Shown: positions 24,461-39,104, counted from the stretch's first letter. The stretch: DNA of 64,000 nt from Yuukianura sp. NJ FZ-2021 (GCA_046563655.1 CM102289.1:1860001-1924000), one strand, 5' to 3'. A program made the numbers and translations. Notes: a model not told the origin generated them from the letters alone.

Positions 24461-25703
24461 TTAGGTGCGAACGTACTCCGCAACGTATGGCAGGCGACTG
24501 AGAGCCGGGTTCAAGAGGTCATGTGCAATCAAGTTGGCAGAAAATTCTTCAATGTCGGGTCGAATGACTTGAAATACTTGCGAAGCATAACGTTTTCCAA
24601 TGTAGTGGACCACAGAACCTAAAAAGCGTTTAATTTTTGAATTTTGGAAAAAAAAAATTTAAAACAGTAATTTTTAAAATATTTAGTTTTTGTTAACTTA
24701 CTCAGAAGAGCATTTCCTTCAAACAAGCCGCGAATAACCAAATTCATGTCGCCAATGCTCAAATTTTGATAAGTAATTTTCTCCACTTGCATAATTTCTT
24801 CGCCATCTTCGTTCCTTGCCAATTTACCTTGCATTTCTCCTTCCGCTCTCAAGTTGACTGTAGAAACCCGCCAAAATTTAATTCAATTTCATTTCATTTC
24901 GAATTTATTCCAAATTTCGAAAACTGAACTTACAAATTTCAAATCTTGCCGGTCCACTGCCAACGAGTGGAAAGAAGAATACGTTGCCGCCTAATTTGTA
25001 ATTTTCGGTTTCTACTTTAATGTGGGGCACTTCGTACAAGAATCGCATCTTCATGTTTTTAAGATCCGTGCGGAACTTGAGCATTTTGAAGTTGGTGAAT
25101 CCATGGATTTGTGTGTTCTTTGCATTTAATGTGATGTTAATTGGACCAAGTGAACGATCGTAGTTGAACTTTTCAATTAGAATTGGATCCAGAGGTTCAA
25201 CGTCAAGTGCGCTAAGTCCTGATCCAACTTGTGGCGTCAATTCTTTGACGATCTTGCGAAGGCAGTCGTCAATGACGGCGTTGTTGCCTTTCGGACATTT
25301 TCGGATCGGTCCGACCCATGTCACACCATTTTCTAAAAAGAACAATTTTTTACAATTTTTATACATTTTGGATTTGCATTTGGAATCCGGGAAACTACTA
25401 ATTCTAACCACATGAAATCCTTGAAACTGAAATTTTCTAAACTTTGAATCACAAAGCCTAAAATTATTGCAAATTCTTTAGAAAATGCAGAATTACTCGA
25501 CTTCGGCAATCCTTTTTTTTCAAACGGTCGTTTTTATTATGTAAACTAAAAATTTCTGAATAGGAAATTTTGAAAAATTAGATTTTGAAAGAGAAGAATT
25601 TATATTTACCGTCCGTGCGTTCTTGGATCTTATCTTTTTTGGGCAGCGCTTCAACCACTGCTAAAGCAGAAATCAAAACGCAAAGAAATTTAAGGCTGCG
25701 CAT
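24461..25703 (-). CDS. Takeout / juvenile hormone-binding protein (JHBP) family secreted protein
   Basis: Four exons (about 25703-25610, 25332-24934, 24858-24702, 24618-24461). Signal peptide MRSLKFLCVLISALAVVEA, N-terminal Cys pair (RKCPK...DDCL), LDVEPLDP motif and GLFEGNALL, all typical of takeout/JHBP. Confidence 0.85.
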
Positions 25704-26731
25704 TTTCAGGCCAAATTTTGTCTCAAAGTGGAATACAGCTTAATCCAGGTTGAAACTGATCACGTTGACTATGAACTAACTATACTGCTTTTATATGCTA
25801 CTTTTCATTGAAAAAATTTAAAACACGAAAATATCTTACGTCAACACGTCTGGAACAGGTTTTCGCTTAGCAACGCAATTGCAAATCTCTATACGCCCCA
25901 TTAGGCGAATTAAGTTTTGCAAATTATTCGTAATGAGCAAAAACTGGATTCGGAGATTCCCTTTCTCTGGAAATTTTTTTTTTCCAAAAAAGTGAAAACG
26001 TGAATTTTAAGTGATTTACATCCCATCCGTTTCCAGTTTTTGTTAAATCAAATGAATTTTATGATGTAATAGGATAATGTCAAGACACATTTTGTCTGGA
26101 AAATCCAAAACAACCTTGGTACATGCCATAAGTTACAAAAAATATTGTAGTTGTTTAACCATATATGGCTAACGTCGTGTCTTGGTGAATTAGTGGTTTA
26201 GGTAATAGGTTGAGTTAGGTAATGGCGCTGGATCGAATCCAACAGACGGATTTCAGAACAAAAAATTGTTAATTCCAAGATCCGTGTTGGATAATCATGT
26301 CAATGACAAAAGGTTACACTAATGTGTTCTGACGTAGTTGACAAAGTTTAACTAAATTTTTCTTGTATAGTACAAAAATATACTATAAAATACATATTTG
26401 TTGTATATAAACTATAAGAAATTTGGACAAGATCATATGCTATGCGTTTCCATTTTTTTGTAATTCTTTCCAAACATCAAAATTTTGTAACTTTATTTTG
26501 ACTTTTGTTACATTTACCTCCTAAAAGTGAATCTTTTTGAAGAACTTTGAAAACTTTCGTTCAGAAATGATACCGTTAGTTTTCAAACCATTAAATCCAT
26601 GCTCATTAAACTCACATTAGCTCAGTTGGACCTAAGTCATTTTGCTTAAATTGCTATGCAGTTAAGTCCCATTTTCAAAATTTTCAGAATTTGAAACAGT
26701 TCAAACAAATTATCCTTCAAGCGGCTTCGAA

Positions 26732-28875
26732 ATGATTGCACGTAAATTTGTTCTGAAGAAAAAAATTGAAGGGAAACCAGAAGTTGCTGATTTTGAGCTA
26801 CAAGAAGAAGAAATTCCAGAGCTGAAAGACGGCGGTAAGTTACCTATGTACATGCATGTTTCAAAATTGAAATCAACAAAATTTTGAAACGGAAACTCGT
26901 ATTTCTTGTTGTTGTTTTTGTAGAGATTTTGGTGAAGGCTGATTGGTTGAGCGCGGATCCATTCACTAGACTTGCTCTAAATGTTTTGGAAGTAGGCCAA
27001 CTAATCCCTGGAGCTCAAGTTGGACGGTAAAACACAACATCTTAATTAAATTTTAAGTTAAGAAGCAATGTAAAACCTGGCTGATTATTTTTTGTTAACG
27101 ATGCAAACGAGCCTACATGACGAAACCAAAGTTCATAAAAAAATTCAAAAAAAAAATTAGGAAACCTGTTTGCTCTTGAATTTTACATTTTGTTGTTGTG
27201 CTGTTATAATTATTGCCAAAACATTTTTTAGCGTGATTCAGAGCAAATGTGCTGAGTTTCCCGTTGGAAGCGACGTGATTGGCCGGTTCGGATGGCGGGA
27301 TTTGACATTGTACAAACCAGAGCCGAGGGGACTCAGATGCTGGGTGACAATTGAGCATCTTCAAGACTTCAAAGGACTACCATCGTCATATGCCCTTGGA
27401 GCATTGGGCATGCCAGGGTAACACATTGGTCTTTGCTAGGGGTGTAAATCCGTCACCGCTGTTTAAAAATCCGGATTTAGGGTTTTGACGGATTTTTATT
27501 CAAAAATCCGGATTCAAATCCGGATTCCAGAATACATAGAAATTTCTAAGAAAATTGTTTAGTTTTTCAAAACTATGAAACCGTAGATTTTCAACTCCCA
27601 GAACCAAAAAATAGTTGACACTTGCCCTCTGGAATGCTCTATTATGATTCAGTTCAATTAAGAACTATGTTTTATCTATACCGAATTTTTTAGTTTCCGA
27701 AATCAATGTTCCAATTGCCCATGCTCCAAAATAGAACGAAAAATCCGCAAAAATCGGATTTGAAAGAATAATCCGAATCTGCTGAAAATCCGGATTTAGA
27801 TCCGGATCAGAAATCCGGATTTACATTCCTAACCTTTACCCATGTAAATTCATTTTTTGTAATTCATTTCAAATGTATTCATTTGTCTTGTTTACAGAAA
27901 TACTGCCTACTTTGGAGTTGTTGATGTCATTGACCCACAACCCGGCAAGACTCTATTGGTATCCACTGCTGCTGGAGCAATTGGAAGTCTGGTGGGTCAA
28001 ATCGGAAAAATCAAAGGTAAAAAACTTTCAACCAAATTTGAAAACCAAAATGGCGGGAAAAACTGTTTTAAGAAAAACTTTCTTACGTGTATAGGCTGCA
28101 AGGTGATTGGCTTGACCGGAAGTGACGAAAAACTTGACTGGTTGAAGAATGAACTTGGATTTGACGAAGCCCTGAACTACAGAAAGTTCAAGTCAATCGA
28201 AGAAGGACTAAAGGCGCACGTCCCTCAAGGAATTGACTATTTCTTTGACAACGTAAGACAAAATTTCGAATTTTCATATTTCATATTTTATATTTTCATA
28301 TTTTGATAAAAATATGCCTGCATGCATTATGAATGACTGATTTAGTGAATGAAATGAATGAAATGAATTTTACTTTTGAAGGTTGGTGGAGAGTTTACGG
28401 GAGGAGTGATGCGATGCATGAATGAATTTGGACGTGTGGCTCAGTGTGGATCAATGGAATCGTGCAACAAAGAAGATGCTGCCAAACTAAAAATTAATAT
28501 TGGTAAAATTTTAAAAAACACGCGGAACACAGATTTTGGAATTCAAAATAGTATTTTTTAAGTATTTTCTTCTAACATTTTAGATCCGCTGAATATTCGT
28601 ATGAAAAACTTGAGTCTTCTGGGATTCAATACTTCTCGGTGGGCGGAGCCTACTGTATGGAACGTCGGCGTCAAGCAAATGCGGGATTGGATTCTTGAAG
28701 TACTATTTCAAAATTAGGATTTTGATTTTGGTTTTTTGACGTTTTGTTTTTGTTTTGGTTGCAGGGAAAAGTGAAAGTGCGGGAGAACATTTCCTTTGGA
28801 TTTGAAACAGCTCCACATGCTTTCATTGACATGCTCAATGGAAAGAACATTGGGAAACAAATTATCAAGGTCTAA
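26732..28875 (+). CDS. PTGR1: Prostaglandin reductase 1-like NADP-dependent oxidoreductase (MDR family)
   Basis: MIARKFVLKK...DFELQEEEIPELKDG; WLSADP; SYALGALGMPGNTAYFG; VSTAAGAIGSLVGQIGKIKG; GIDYFFDNVGG; GRVAQCG; GFETAPHAFIDMLNGKNIGKQIIKV*. Multi-exon gene. Confidence 0.9.
27437..27831. mobile_element. MITE (TAGGG termini, hAT-like) in a PTGR1 intron
   Basis: TAGGGGTGTAAATCC / GGATTTACATTCCTA termini with clustered subterminal AAATCCGGATT repeats at both ends. TSD is degenerate (GTCTTTGC / ACCTTTAC). Confidence 0.7.
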
Positions 28876-29296
28876 TCATAACTTGCATTCAAATAGCATT
28901 TGGTGGATTAAAAAAATCATTTAAAAAAACATACTAATTAGTTTTCATTTTTATAAAAAAAGTTTTGTTTAATTTGCTGTTTTAGGTGTAATATAATAAC
29001 CTACTAAACAAAACTTAGCAGACAAACATTTTGAAATTTGCATTTGAGTTGATCATGTATATTTGGGTTTAGTAGCTCTTTACATAACAATTCGATGTTT
29101 GCTTGTCTGTGCCAAGTTGTACTAAACTTTTGGCTTTCTAAGAACTTGTCGTAAAAGTTCAAAAATTCACCAAAATTCTGAAAAAGTTCAATGCATCAAC
29201 TGTGCCGTATTTTGGGAATTTCATCGTGTCAAATTTTGTTGTATTTGTATCTAAGCTCTTTTAGTTATAGTGTTTTTTTTTCTATTTGGTGGTTAA

Positions 29297-30586
29297 CTAG
29301 TTAAACGTAAGTAGTAAATTTATCAAAGTACCAATCACGAGTTCTTGAACTACAATTGGGAAACTATTTCTAGCTACCGGAATATTCCCAACTTTCCAAC
29401 CACATTTTTGTATAGCATTGGAAACTGCTTTGTCCAGGCGTGAAATGGCTTTTCTTTTCGAAAGTTTTTTAAATTTAAGTGAACTTTGAGTAACGTTTGC
29501 AAAAAAAGTAAAGTAAAGATACATCATGACAAGGGGGTTGAATGCGCACATAAAAAAGAAAAAGACGGGCGCTGTCCCCATTTGTTCCCAAAACGTAATA
29601 AGACAATATAAAGATGTTGAAATTATTAGTATGACGAGTCCAACAGTTAAACTTCCAAGCCACCCGACAAAGTGTTGCATATAAATTCCGGAAAGTCGCA
29701 AACTTTGAAACATATAAAGAAGGTCATCGGTCATAAACTTGGATAACTCCAATCTGGTCAAAAGTAAAAACACACACACACAACATTTTGCTTGTTGTAT
29801 GACCTTAGTTTGAGTTTTTTATGAGAAAAATTTATTTTTTACCTTTGATTAATGAAATTGTGCCAACGGAGAGTTACGAAGGCGGTAAAAAACACCATGT
29901 TTCCCCATAGGTTAAATGCGTGTGACAAGTCAGTAACCCATGCAGCAGCGAAAACAAAAGCAGTCAAATGTCTTCCACCGTAAACAACTCCATAAATATG
30001 TTGAACAGGTTTTAAAAAAGTATAATTTTGATTCAAAATAAAACAGAACATGTTGAATTCCACAACGAAAAAAATAAACGGAAAAATAATGCCGTAGACT
30101 GCAAACAGAAATTCAGTTATTGGGTCCCGTAAAATTCTTCCATTTGGAAATTTTGCAGCTAAAATCAAAAGAAAAGTTAGCTTAAACTCGAGGAAGTTGT
30201 TTAAACTAGAAATTTTTACCAAAGTTTTTGTCCATAATGTTCGGTAAGTTAGCAAATTTTACAAATTCACGTTGTTCAGGCATTATAAATACAAATGTAA
30301 TTAGGTACAGCAGCATTATCAAAACAGTTTGTAAAAATATGAACTTTGTAGAACGCGCTGTATTGGCATCCAAAATATTTTTCACACAAAATCCAATCAC
30401 TACAAATTTGATACCAGCGAGAACCAAAAAAGAAAATTTCCAAAGTTGAAAAGTTTTTCCAAAAATTTGGTTCTTTGCTGTAACATAGCAGTTCGTATGC
30501 CGATTCCATGAAACGGCGGACAAATTTAAAAAACTCCAAAACTGCGTAAAAATTTGGCAAACTCTTTGCGTTCTTGGAGAAATCAT
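29297..30586 (-). CDS. Divergent multi-pass membrane protein (chemoreceptor-like), 3-exon family member 2, about 379 aa
   Basis: Exons 30586-30220, 30158-29843, 29753-29297 in frame (phase 1 and phase 2 introns). Hydrophobic helices. C-terminus WKVGNIPVARNSFPIVVQELVIGTLINLLLTFN. Confidence 0.7.
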
Positions 30587-31004
30587 ATTTTAACAAAAGT
30601 TAGTGATTACGTACCGTATTCATTAGGTGCACCCGGTTTTATATTCAAACCAAACTAACTAAAAATTTCAATTCAATTGACGCAATTCTTGTAGCGGATG
30701 TCTGGATGTAATTTAAGTTTGAACAATCAAATTGTTTACTCGTGAAAATTACGTGTTAAAACTTTGGCTTGTTTAATTTGAGGATTGGATATTGAGAACT
30801 TTTGTAAAAAACTAATTGCTTTGAAACAACCCGAAATATGGGTTTGTCGTCTGTTTTTTGTTGTGTTCTCGTGTGGCGTGTTTTCGACAAAGATAAACCC
30901 AACATGTTTTTCGAACAGAGTTACATCCACGTTACCTTGTTTTTTGGCGCCTTCAAATTCGAATTCCCACCGTTGACATACAGTAAACTGCGTAAACATA
31001 CATT

Positions 31005-31103
31005 TGTTTTCTTTGACAATTCCTTTTCCAGCATTTTGTAGAAAACATAAAATTCCTCCACGATTCTTTTTGAGTTCACCAACAGCCGAATCCGATTTGA
31101 CAA
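31005..31103 (-). pseudogene. 3' relic of the WS/DGAT-like gene
   Basis: Nucleotide match to about 39301-39400 (shared GAGTTCAC.AACAGCCGAATCCGA, AAATTCCTCCA.GATT, CAGCATTTT.TAGAAA) with indels. The rest of the gene is absent. Confidence 0.7.
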
Positions 31104-32545
31104 CTTTTTACTTTTTGCGGCAACCCCAATTATATTTTCGTCGTGTCATTTTCCTTTTACCTTCAGCGGGAACAACAACACTTGTTGTGTTTTTAGTCAC
31201 AAAGTTAGAAAGTTTTTTGTGCAAACCAAACTAGTAATTTGAAAAAGCTACCAAAAGATTATTACTGTTTTGCACCTTGGAATTTGTATTTTAAACCTTG
31301 AAGTTATTGATGCACGTATGCTTATCCTCTCTCATGGGGAATCCAGTAAGCCATTTATTTCTGATCGGCGGACCATTCCCTTCGATTGGTCAGCATCGGA
31401 AACCAACACTGCAAAAAAGTACCCAAGGTAGTACAGTTTAGTGTACAAAAATAATCTTTGAAAATTCGAAACATAAGCAACTATTCTAAAAAGATATTTA
31501 AACTGCGTAGTGAACTCCGAATTCTATTGAGACATAAGATTAACCTAGTTCTGGATTGAGCAAGTTCCCTTGCAAAAGCTGGTACAGCTAATTCAGCTGA
31601 ACCATTTATAAAATGTTGCCCAAAATTGGCCGTCGAATCGGTACTAAAACAATTTTTTCTAATTTTATTAATTTAAAAAAAAGCATTTATTACAGCTTTA
31701 AGTGGAGATTAGATGTCGTTGATACCTCTGAAAATTAAAAAAATTCTTTGGTTTATTCGGCTCATAGTTTTGGTTTGTTAAAATTCACGAATATGTAAAA
31801 ACCAAACTGTTTTACAGCAACGATGGTGTCCACTATTACCATTAGACATATGTTCCTAATGGACCACCAAAATTTTACCAAAACTAGTCAGTGACTCTCA
31901 ATACAGTTGGCTAGTGACAACGAAAAGGCCAACGCTTTCATTCTAACAAAATTGATTTAAAAGTAAAATTGAAAGGTATTTGACAAAACAGAAGAAAGAA
32001 ATTTCAGTAAAAGGAAATTAGTAGAAAACGTACATAACAAAATTGAAAAGCAGAAAAAAAAGGTTTTTTTTTAAAAAAACTTTTAATTACGAACAAATGG
32101 TAAATGATGGTTGACGACGACAAACAAATGTTAACTTGTTTTTTAATTGCACCAAATTCAAACCGAATCCTAATTTGAAACGTTTTCCATTGTGTATTGA
32201 AATGTTGACTGAATGCAAGATTTGAAGCGTAGGATAACTTGTTAACGCTTTTATAAAATATAAACGTTATGGGAACTTCTCGTGGGAATGGAACCTATTA
32301 TAACCATTTTTTGGAGGTAAATTGATTCGTTTTGAAGATTAAACAAGACATAAAAAAGGTTTTGTAAAACACTTTGATACATAAGTATGCTGGCATTTCA
32401 AACTTTTTTTTTGGAAGTCATGCTGTTTGTGAGACACAATAGTTCCTTTTCAAATTGATTGACATTTAGTGGATTTTTTGAACCTGAGTATTCTGCGACT
32501 TTTTTTTTAGGTTTGCATGAAAAATCTTACTTAACTTAAAATATT

Positions 32546-32578
<33 letters not shown>

Positions 32579-32952
32579 AAAAAACATACCATGTCCAATT
32601 ACGGTTTTTGACGTGTAAAATAAAGCGTTTGAAATTTATCACGCTGCAAAATTAGCAACCGATTATAACCATTAGTGTAGCATACGAGTTATAATTAAAG
32701 GCGAGGGAACAACTTGCAACTTCAACTTTACTCCAATTTTGCCACTTCCCGGCCATAGACTTGAATGTTTAGTGTCAAAAAAGTTTCAGTCATTTAAAAA
32801 AGACTATAATTCAACTAATACTTGGAGGAACACTCGAGACTTTTTTTTAAGTTTAAATCACTAAAAGATGACTTTCGAACTTAAAATTTTCTTTGTAGTG
32901 GTATGGTAGAAAACAGATTCTTTGAAGGAAATAAATTTGGTAAATTTTTGAA

Positions 32953-35900
32953 ATGTTAGACGCAAGCATATCGGACTGTTTCGTAACGTACATGGAGTTC
33001 TGGTATCGACTTGGGATAAGTCCATGCAAACTCAAATTAAACCAGCAAACAAATGTTTGGGAAGCTACCAGTAGTCGTTTTTACAAGGTACGATTTCACT
33101 TCAACCATTATATGTGTAATAAAATTATCATCCTAATTTTTTAGATTCTCAGCTTCTGTACTGCTTTGATATTAATGCTGAGCCTTTTTGCTTGGGTTCG
33201 GAACCTGCATTCTGAAAACCCAAATAATAAGTATAGTACGCAACTAAACTATTTCGAAAAAGCAAGCATTTTTGGACTCATTTTGGAAGGGAGTTGTTTT
33301 GTGATAACATTTTGGAAAAGGGGAACTCAATTCGCAGATCTCATCAATTACAGTCAAACGTCGGCAGTAGAAGCAACGCTTGGAATAGCACCAATCAAAA
33401 ATGTGAAAAATATAAACATTCTGTTTTAAAATTTTAAATCTTTGATCGCTCTGTATTTTTAAATTGTCATTTTAGGGAAAGCGCAAAATCTTGATTTTAA
33501 TTTTTATTGTGACGGCTCTATATGAAGTCACAGAAATCTTGCGCTTTGTGGAATGGAATGCCTGGGTATTTGAGTCATACTACGATGGAATGGCATGGTG
33601 GGGTCGTACATTGATATTTCTGGAGTATGTTAACATGGGAAATATTTGGACAGAATATGGGCGTCATGTTGCATATACGTTTGGAATAGTAGCGCAATTT
33701 GTCCTGGTTTCATTCAAATCTGCTGGAGTAACGCTCTTGCTCATCATAATGCTCCAAATGCGTCAACTCATTCTGCAACTGGAGAAGAAGGCAAACAATA
33801 TGATGATGCATGATGTAAGTTCACACCTTGCTCGGGACTCGAAGGGACGAAAACGGTTTTTTCTTCGCTGTGTAGAGTCGAGTTCACACACCAACCGCCA
33901 ATTTTAATTTAAACAATCATGTAAATTTTTTTTGCGTTCGTGTGAAACTGGCTTAAGGACGGGTAAGAGGCAGCGTTTGTTTACGATTTGCTGTCAGCCA
34001 TTGCCGTTAGTAACAAAGCAAAATCAATGCTCAAACGTGCAAAAGTCGGCACTCTTTCGAATGGTTGTCGAATCAAAGTTTTTCAAAGTACAACATTTCA
34101 AGTAATCTGGGGCTCAACAATCAACGTATTCCCATGGAGACGGCTAATTTCAGTGCCGACTTTCGCTAATTTGCAAATTACTATAGAATTTCATCTACTT
34201 TGGCTAATTAGATGTTCATTATAAGACCTAGAAATGCGTTTGAGGTGTCTAAAAATCCGGAAGACCATGGCGCTTAAGTCGCCGTGACCAAATTTCTGAA
34301 TTTTTGTATCATTCCACGCTTAGAAAAAATTGAACTTTGTATTCAATTTTTAGTATTATTTCGCAACAAAAATTCAAATTCCGATCACTGCTCTGTATTT
34401 TACAGGTAATGACGAATTTTTAGAGCCCTTGTACACATTTCTACGATATACCTGTGAGTTCTAATTAGACCTTAAAGTTAGTTAATTTGAGGCGAAACGA
34501 GACACCCCGTTGCCATGTGTGATTCCTTCTTAAGCGCCATTTTTTTCCCTTGGTGACGCGATATTTTTTGTTTTCAAAACAATCAGGCTTATTTCAATTC
34601 TAGTCTGAAAAAAATCAAAATTTCTATAGCTCCGACGAAGAATGGCGTACCTCAAAACGCGATGACGACTTGCGTTGCCAAGAAAAAACGTAAACAAAAT
34701 TTAACAAGAGTCGGCAACAAAATTACCGAATTCATCTCCAAAAATTTTTTCAAAAGATTCATGTTATGATATTCGCGTGTCTGTCTGTGTGTCATTCTGT
34801 TTGGGCGAGCTGTGTTGTAATGTTCGTGGGGCTGTTAAGATTATTGTAATTGCGGCGCTGTTATTATAATATTATTCATGTCTATCTGTCTGTCCGGATT
34901 AATTATTAGAAACAGGGTGGCCTTGGTTTAGGAGAAATGATCTAAACCATGGTTTAAACCACGATTTAAACCGAGCGGTTTTTATTCACATTTATTAGGT
35001 TTAAACCAACATGAGTAAATGGGAAAAAGGGGATACTGAATTAACAGAAAAGTCTTGTTTTTGAATGAAATTCATTCGCTCCTTTGTACTAACTCGTTTA
35101 TGTTTTCCCAAATTACTGTTCTAACGTTTTTTTCACATTGTTAAGGTACTGTTGGAACTGAAATCAGTGGATGGAATTTCAACGGATTAAATAGTTCTAA
35201 AGTATAGATTCATTTTCTGAGAAATATCGAGTTTTTGATGTTGGTTTAAACTTTAAACCGAGAAAAGCCAAATAAACCATGGCTTTAACTAAAACTAGGT
35301 ATTTTTGGTTTTATTTTTAAAAACCGGTGTTGTTAAAAATCCACTTTTGCGAGATTTCGTCCACGGCTGTATATCCAGTGGAAGAAATGCACAAAATAGA
35401 TGAACCAAAAGCGGCGTAGCGTTGCCCTCAGGGTTTACATTAATTAGATACAAAGCCTAAACTATTCGAATTACCGTACGAGACGAAGGAAATAACGTTT
35501 TTGTATGATTTATAAATAAATTATTAAATTTAACGATGAAAGAAACTCTTTGGATGTTATTTTGTAATTTTAATTTTTTTTTAAATTTCGCGCTAGATTT
35601 TTGATTTCTTACCTCCACTAAAAGTTTACATTTTTGGTGTATTTCTTCCAGTGGATATGTGGCAACTAAGCCACTGGACGTTTAAGCTTACAGCAACGCT
35701 GGAAAAAACCAGCCACACTACTCAGAAACTACTGGATGATGTCGTTTCGGTTATCCAATGAACACATCATGACCAGGATTTGATCACTATTAACGCGTAA
35801 AACGGGGCTTACTCGGTTACGTTGAGTTTGTTTTAGAAAACCGCCTTAATGCTGAGCTATTATTATATTGTACGGTTAAATTCCGGTCGGTCTACGTCTC

Positions 35901-37131
35901 GCTGATCTTTTAATATCATTGAAGATACATATTCGAAAATTTTGAGAAAATTTGAAGTTATATGAGTTCGGCGCCTGTGAGAAGTGATGTGCGAAAGTTT
36001 GACCTCACAGAAAACACTTGAGTTCTCTGAATCAAGTTGACATTGACTTCTCAACTCCCTTCCCCACTTTGGCCCTTCTCTAGGTTTAGTGAGGCTGGAT
36101 GTCGGATGTGTACTTTGATTAATTGGCTTCCTTAAATAATTTTCAGTTCCTTTCGTCAATGTCAATTGAAAATTTTCAAAGCAGTTGCAACAGTTTAATG
36201 AGGGTGCGCAAACTATTTCAGTAATTTCCAAAGTTTTTGTGAATACAATGAAAAAATACTCTGCACTTTCGCTACTTTGCTAAATAGAAATACGAAGATA
36301 TTGAGGGAAAAAAGTTACTTGCACTATCGATACTTTGTTAAAGCGATTTCTAATTACATTTTTGAAATCGAAATCTGCAGACATTTTTGATTCCGAGTTT
36401 TGGCGAAATTTGTTTACTTTTTTCGTCTCCAAGGGAAAAAAAATTTCAAAATCCGAGTTACGCCCTTCTTCGTTGGGACTATTCATTTTTTGAAATTTAC
36501 CTTAGGGACTTCAAGAATTCCGAAAAATTCGAACTACGGTTGACTTGCTGAACAGAGCCACTGGAGTAGCTGTATTCGGCTGCGTATTCGGTGGGATTCC
36601 ATCTGTTATCAGGTGTATTCCTCAAGTATTCTTGCCAATTCGAGTCGTATCGTGCAATGACAGTATAACCTTTACTATGATCCCAATACTGTTCTTGGTG
36701 TGCGCGGCATGGTTCAAAGCTAAAGTAAGTACAAGCCATAAATGTTAGCTTAAATTATAAATTTAGTTAAAATATTATTAAATTTAGTCAAAATTATTCT
36801 TAATTATACACTTTATTTTCACATCTCAAACGGAATTGTGTAGGTCAAGCTGATTTTCCACAACTGGATTCTCGTTGGGAAAAACCTTGTGCTATTTGAA
36901 GAAAGTGATCTCGTGATGTTGTTGTACGAAATTTCTTCGGAGGACTTGGCAATCAAACCATTTGGGTTCATTAGACTCGACTCGTCATTCCTAGGATCAG
37001 TATGAAAAATTATTTTATTACATTTATAAAAAAAATCATAAAAGTATTCTAAATTCGTAATATTTTATTAGGTCTGTGGGTTAATCCTGACTTTCTCCAT
37101 AGTGATCGTTCAGTTTGAATCACAAAAGTAG
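32953..37131 (+). CDS. Gustatory receptor family protein, copy A (intron 3 expanded to about 2.7 kb)
   Basis: Exons about 32953-33087, 33145-33402, 33476-33814, 36506-36724, 36844-36999, 37072-37131, with phase-0 introns. C-terminus ...PFGFIRLDSSFLGS|VCGLILTFSIVIVQFESQK resembles the GR TM7 motif TYhhhhhQF. Confidence 0.85.
34622..36286. mobile_element. Composite repeat (GTCT-microsatellite-bearing outer element with nested hAT-like MITE), copy 1
   Basis: Near-identical ends shared with 54080-56096 (TTCTATAGCTCCGACGAAGAA... / ...CGCTACTTTGCTAAATA). Nested CAGGGTGGC...GCCACACTA (34913-35720) flanked by ATTAGAAA / CTCAGAAA. Confidence 0.75.
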
Positions 37132-37540
37132 TCAAATTGTCGCATTACAGGTTAATCTTTTTTGAATTTTTTAGCTTCAATTGACATTATTTTGAAAAAC
37201 TTTATCATTGCATAACCTGTTAAACTGAGATAAATTATTAACGTTACTCAGAATACTTTCTGAAAAAGTTGAAGCTATTGCATGTATATTCAGGTACTAA
37301 AGTGATGAACTCATTCTGAAAATTAGACAAGCAAACAAAAGAAAGTACACAAAACTTTACAAACTCTTTAGAAGATAAGTGTTCCGGTTTTAAAAAAATG
37401 AAAATTGGTTTTCGTAAACTCGGTCAACAAATATTTGTTTGTAATAGTAAAGAATTTGTTTGCGGTCAATAAATTAGTGGATTACTTTGGACATTGAAAA
37501 ACAGTTTCTTTGAAGCTGTTGAATTTAGTACATGTTCAAA

Positions 37541-39104
37541 ATGATAGACGCAAGCATATCAGACTGTTTCGTGACGTACATTGAATTTTGGTATCGACTT
37601 GGCATAAGTCCATGCAAACTCAAAATCAACCCACAGACAAAGGTTTGGGAAGTCACCAGCAGTCGCACTCACAAGGTACGAATTCATTTCAAAAATGTTG
37701 TTTTTTTAATGAAATTATGAACTTTTTAAAGATTCTCAGCGTCTTTGCTGCTGTGATATTAATGGTTAGCCTTTGTACGTGGGTTCGGAACCTGAATTCA
37801 GCTGAAAACCCGACTAATAAGTATAATAGGCAACTAACCTACTTTGAAAAAGCAAGCGTTTTTGGACATTTTTTTGAAGCTTGTTGCCTACTCGTAACTT
37901 TTTGCCAAAAAGGAACTCAATTTGCAGATCTCATCAACTACAGTCATACGTCGGCAGTAAAAGCAACGCTTGGAACAGCACCAATCCAAAACGTAGAAAA
38001 AATATGAACATTTTGTTTTAAAATGCTTTAAAAATTTTAAATTTGTATTTAACTGTCAAACTGCGATTTCAGGGTAAGCGCAAAGTTTTGGTTTTAATCT
38101 CTACCATGACGGCTATTTATAGCGTCGCCGAAATATTGCGGTTTGTTGAATGGAATTCGTGGAAATTTGACTCATACTATAATGCAATTTCATATTGGGG
38201 TCGCTCTTTGCTTTTTTTGGAATCTGCCGACCTTGGTACATGGATGGATTATGGGCGACATCTTGGATTTGTTTTTGGAACTTTTTCGGACTTGGTTCTA
38301 CTTTTATTCAGAGCAGCTGGAGAAACGTTCATGGTGCTTGTAATAGTCCAACTACATCGACTGGTCGTGAATTTGGAAACTACGACACAAACTATGACTG
38401 CTCATGAAGTAACTTTTAGTATGAAGCAAGTATTTAGTTAAATTAAGTATTAATTTGCCGAATTTAGGACTTCTTTAATTAATAGGGTGTGCAAGAGCTA
38501 CAAAAATTACGGACATTGGTTGATCACATCAACAATGCCACTGGAATCCTATTGTGTGGATACACATTTGGCGGCATTCCGGCAATGATGAAATGCATTC
38601 CTCAGGCCATACAGCCAGACGGAATCGTGATGTACTTTACCAGCGTCACGTTTGCGACAATCCCACTACTATTCTTGATTTGTGCGGCATGGTTCAAAGC
38701 CAAAGTAAGTCAAACTAACCTCAAGTACTGTAATTTATTAAGTCAAAAATAATCATCAGCTAACTTTGCTTTTTTTTTAAATTCTGAAACGAAACTGTTA
38801 AGGTCGAGACTATTTTGCTTAGCTGGATCAGAACACAAAACTTTGTACAATTTCACCAAAATGATCTCTTCATACTGTTGCACGACATTTCCTCTGACAA
38901 CTTGGCAATCAAACCATTCGAATTCATCCAATTTGACTCGTCGTTCCTTGGAGCTGTGAGAATATTTAATTTCGACTAATTTAAACGTAAAATTTTTAAT
39001 AAGCTCGCTAGAAAATCATACCAAAGTTTGGCTTTCTATCTAAGGTTTGTGGACTGATCCTCACTTTCTCTGTGGTAATCATTCAGTTTCAAACGCAAAA
39101 ATAG
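37541..39104 (+). CDS. Gustatory receptor family protein, copy B
   Basis: MIDASISDCFVTYIEFWYRLGISPCKLK start, six exons paralogous to copy A, ending VCGLILTFSVVIIQFQTQK*. Confidence 0.85.

Noticed and set aside
32547..32584. Poly-A run as a retroposon tail
   Set aside because: No TSD or upstream element body could be identified.
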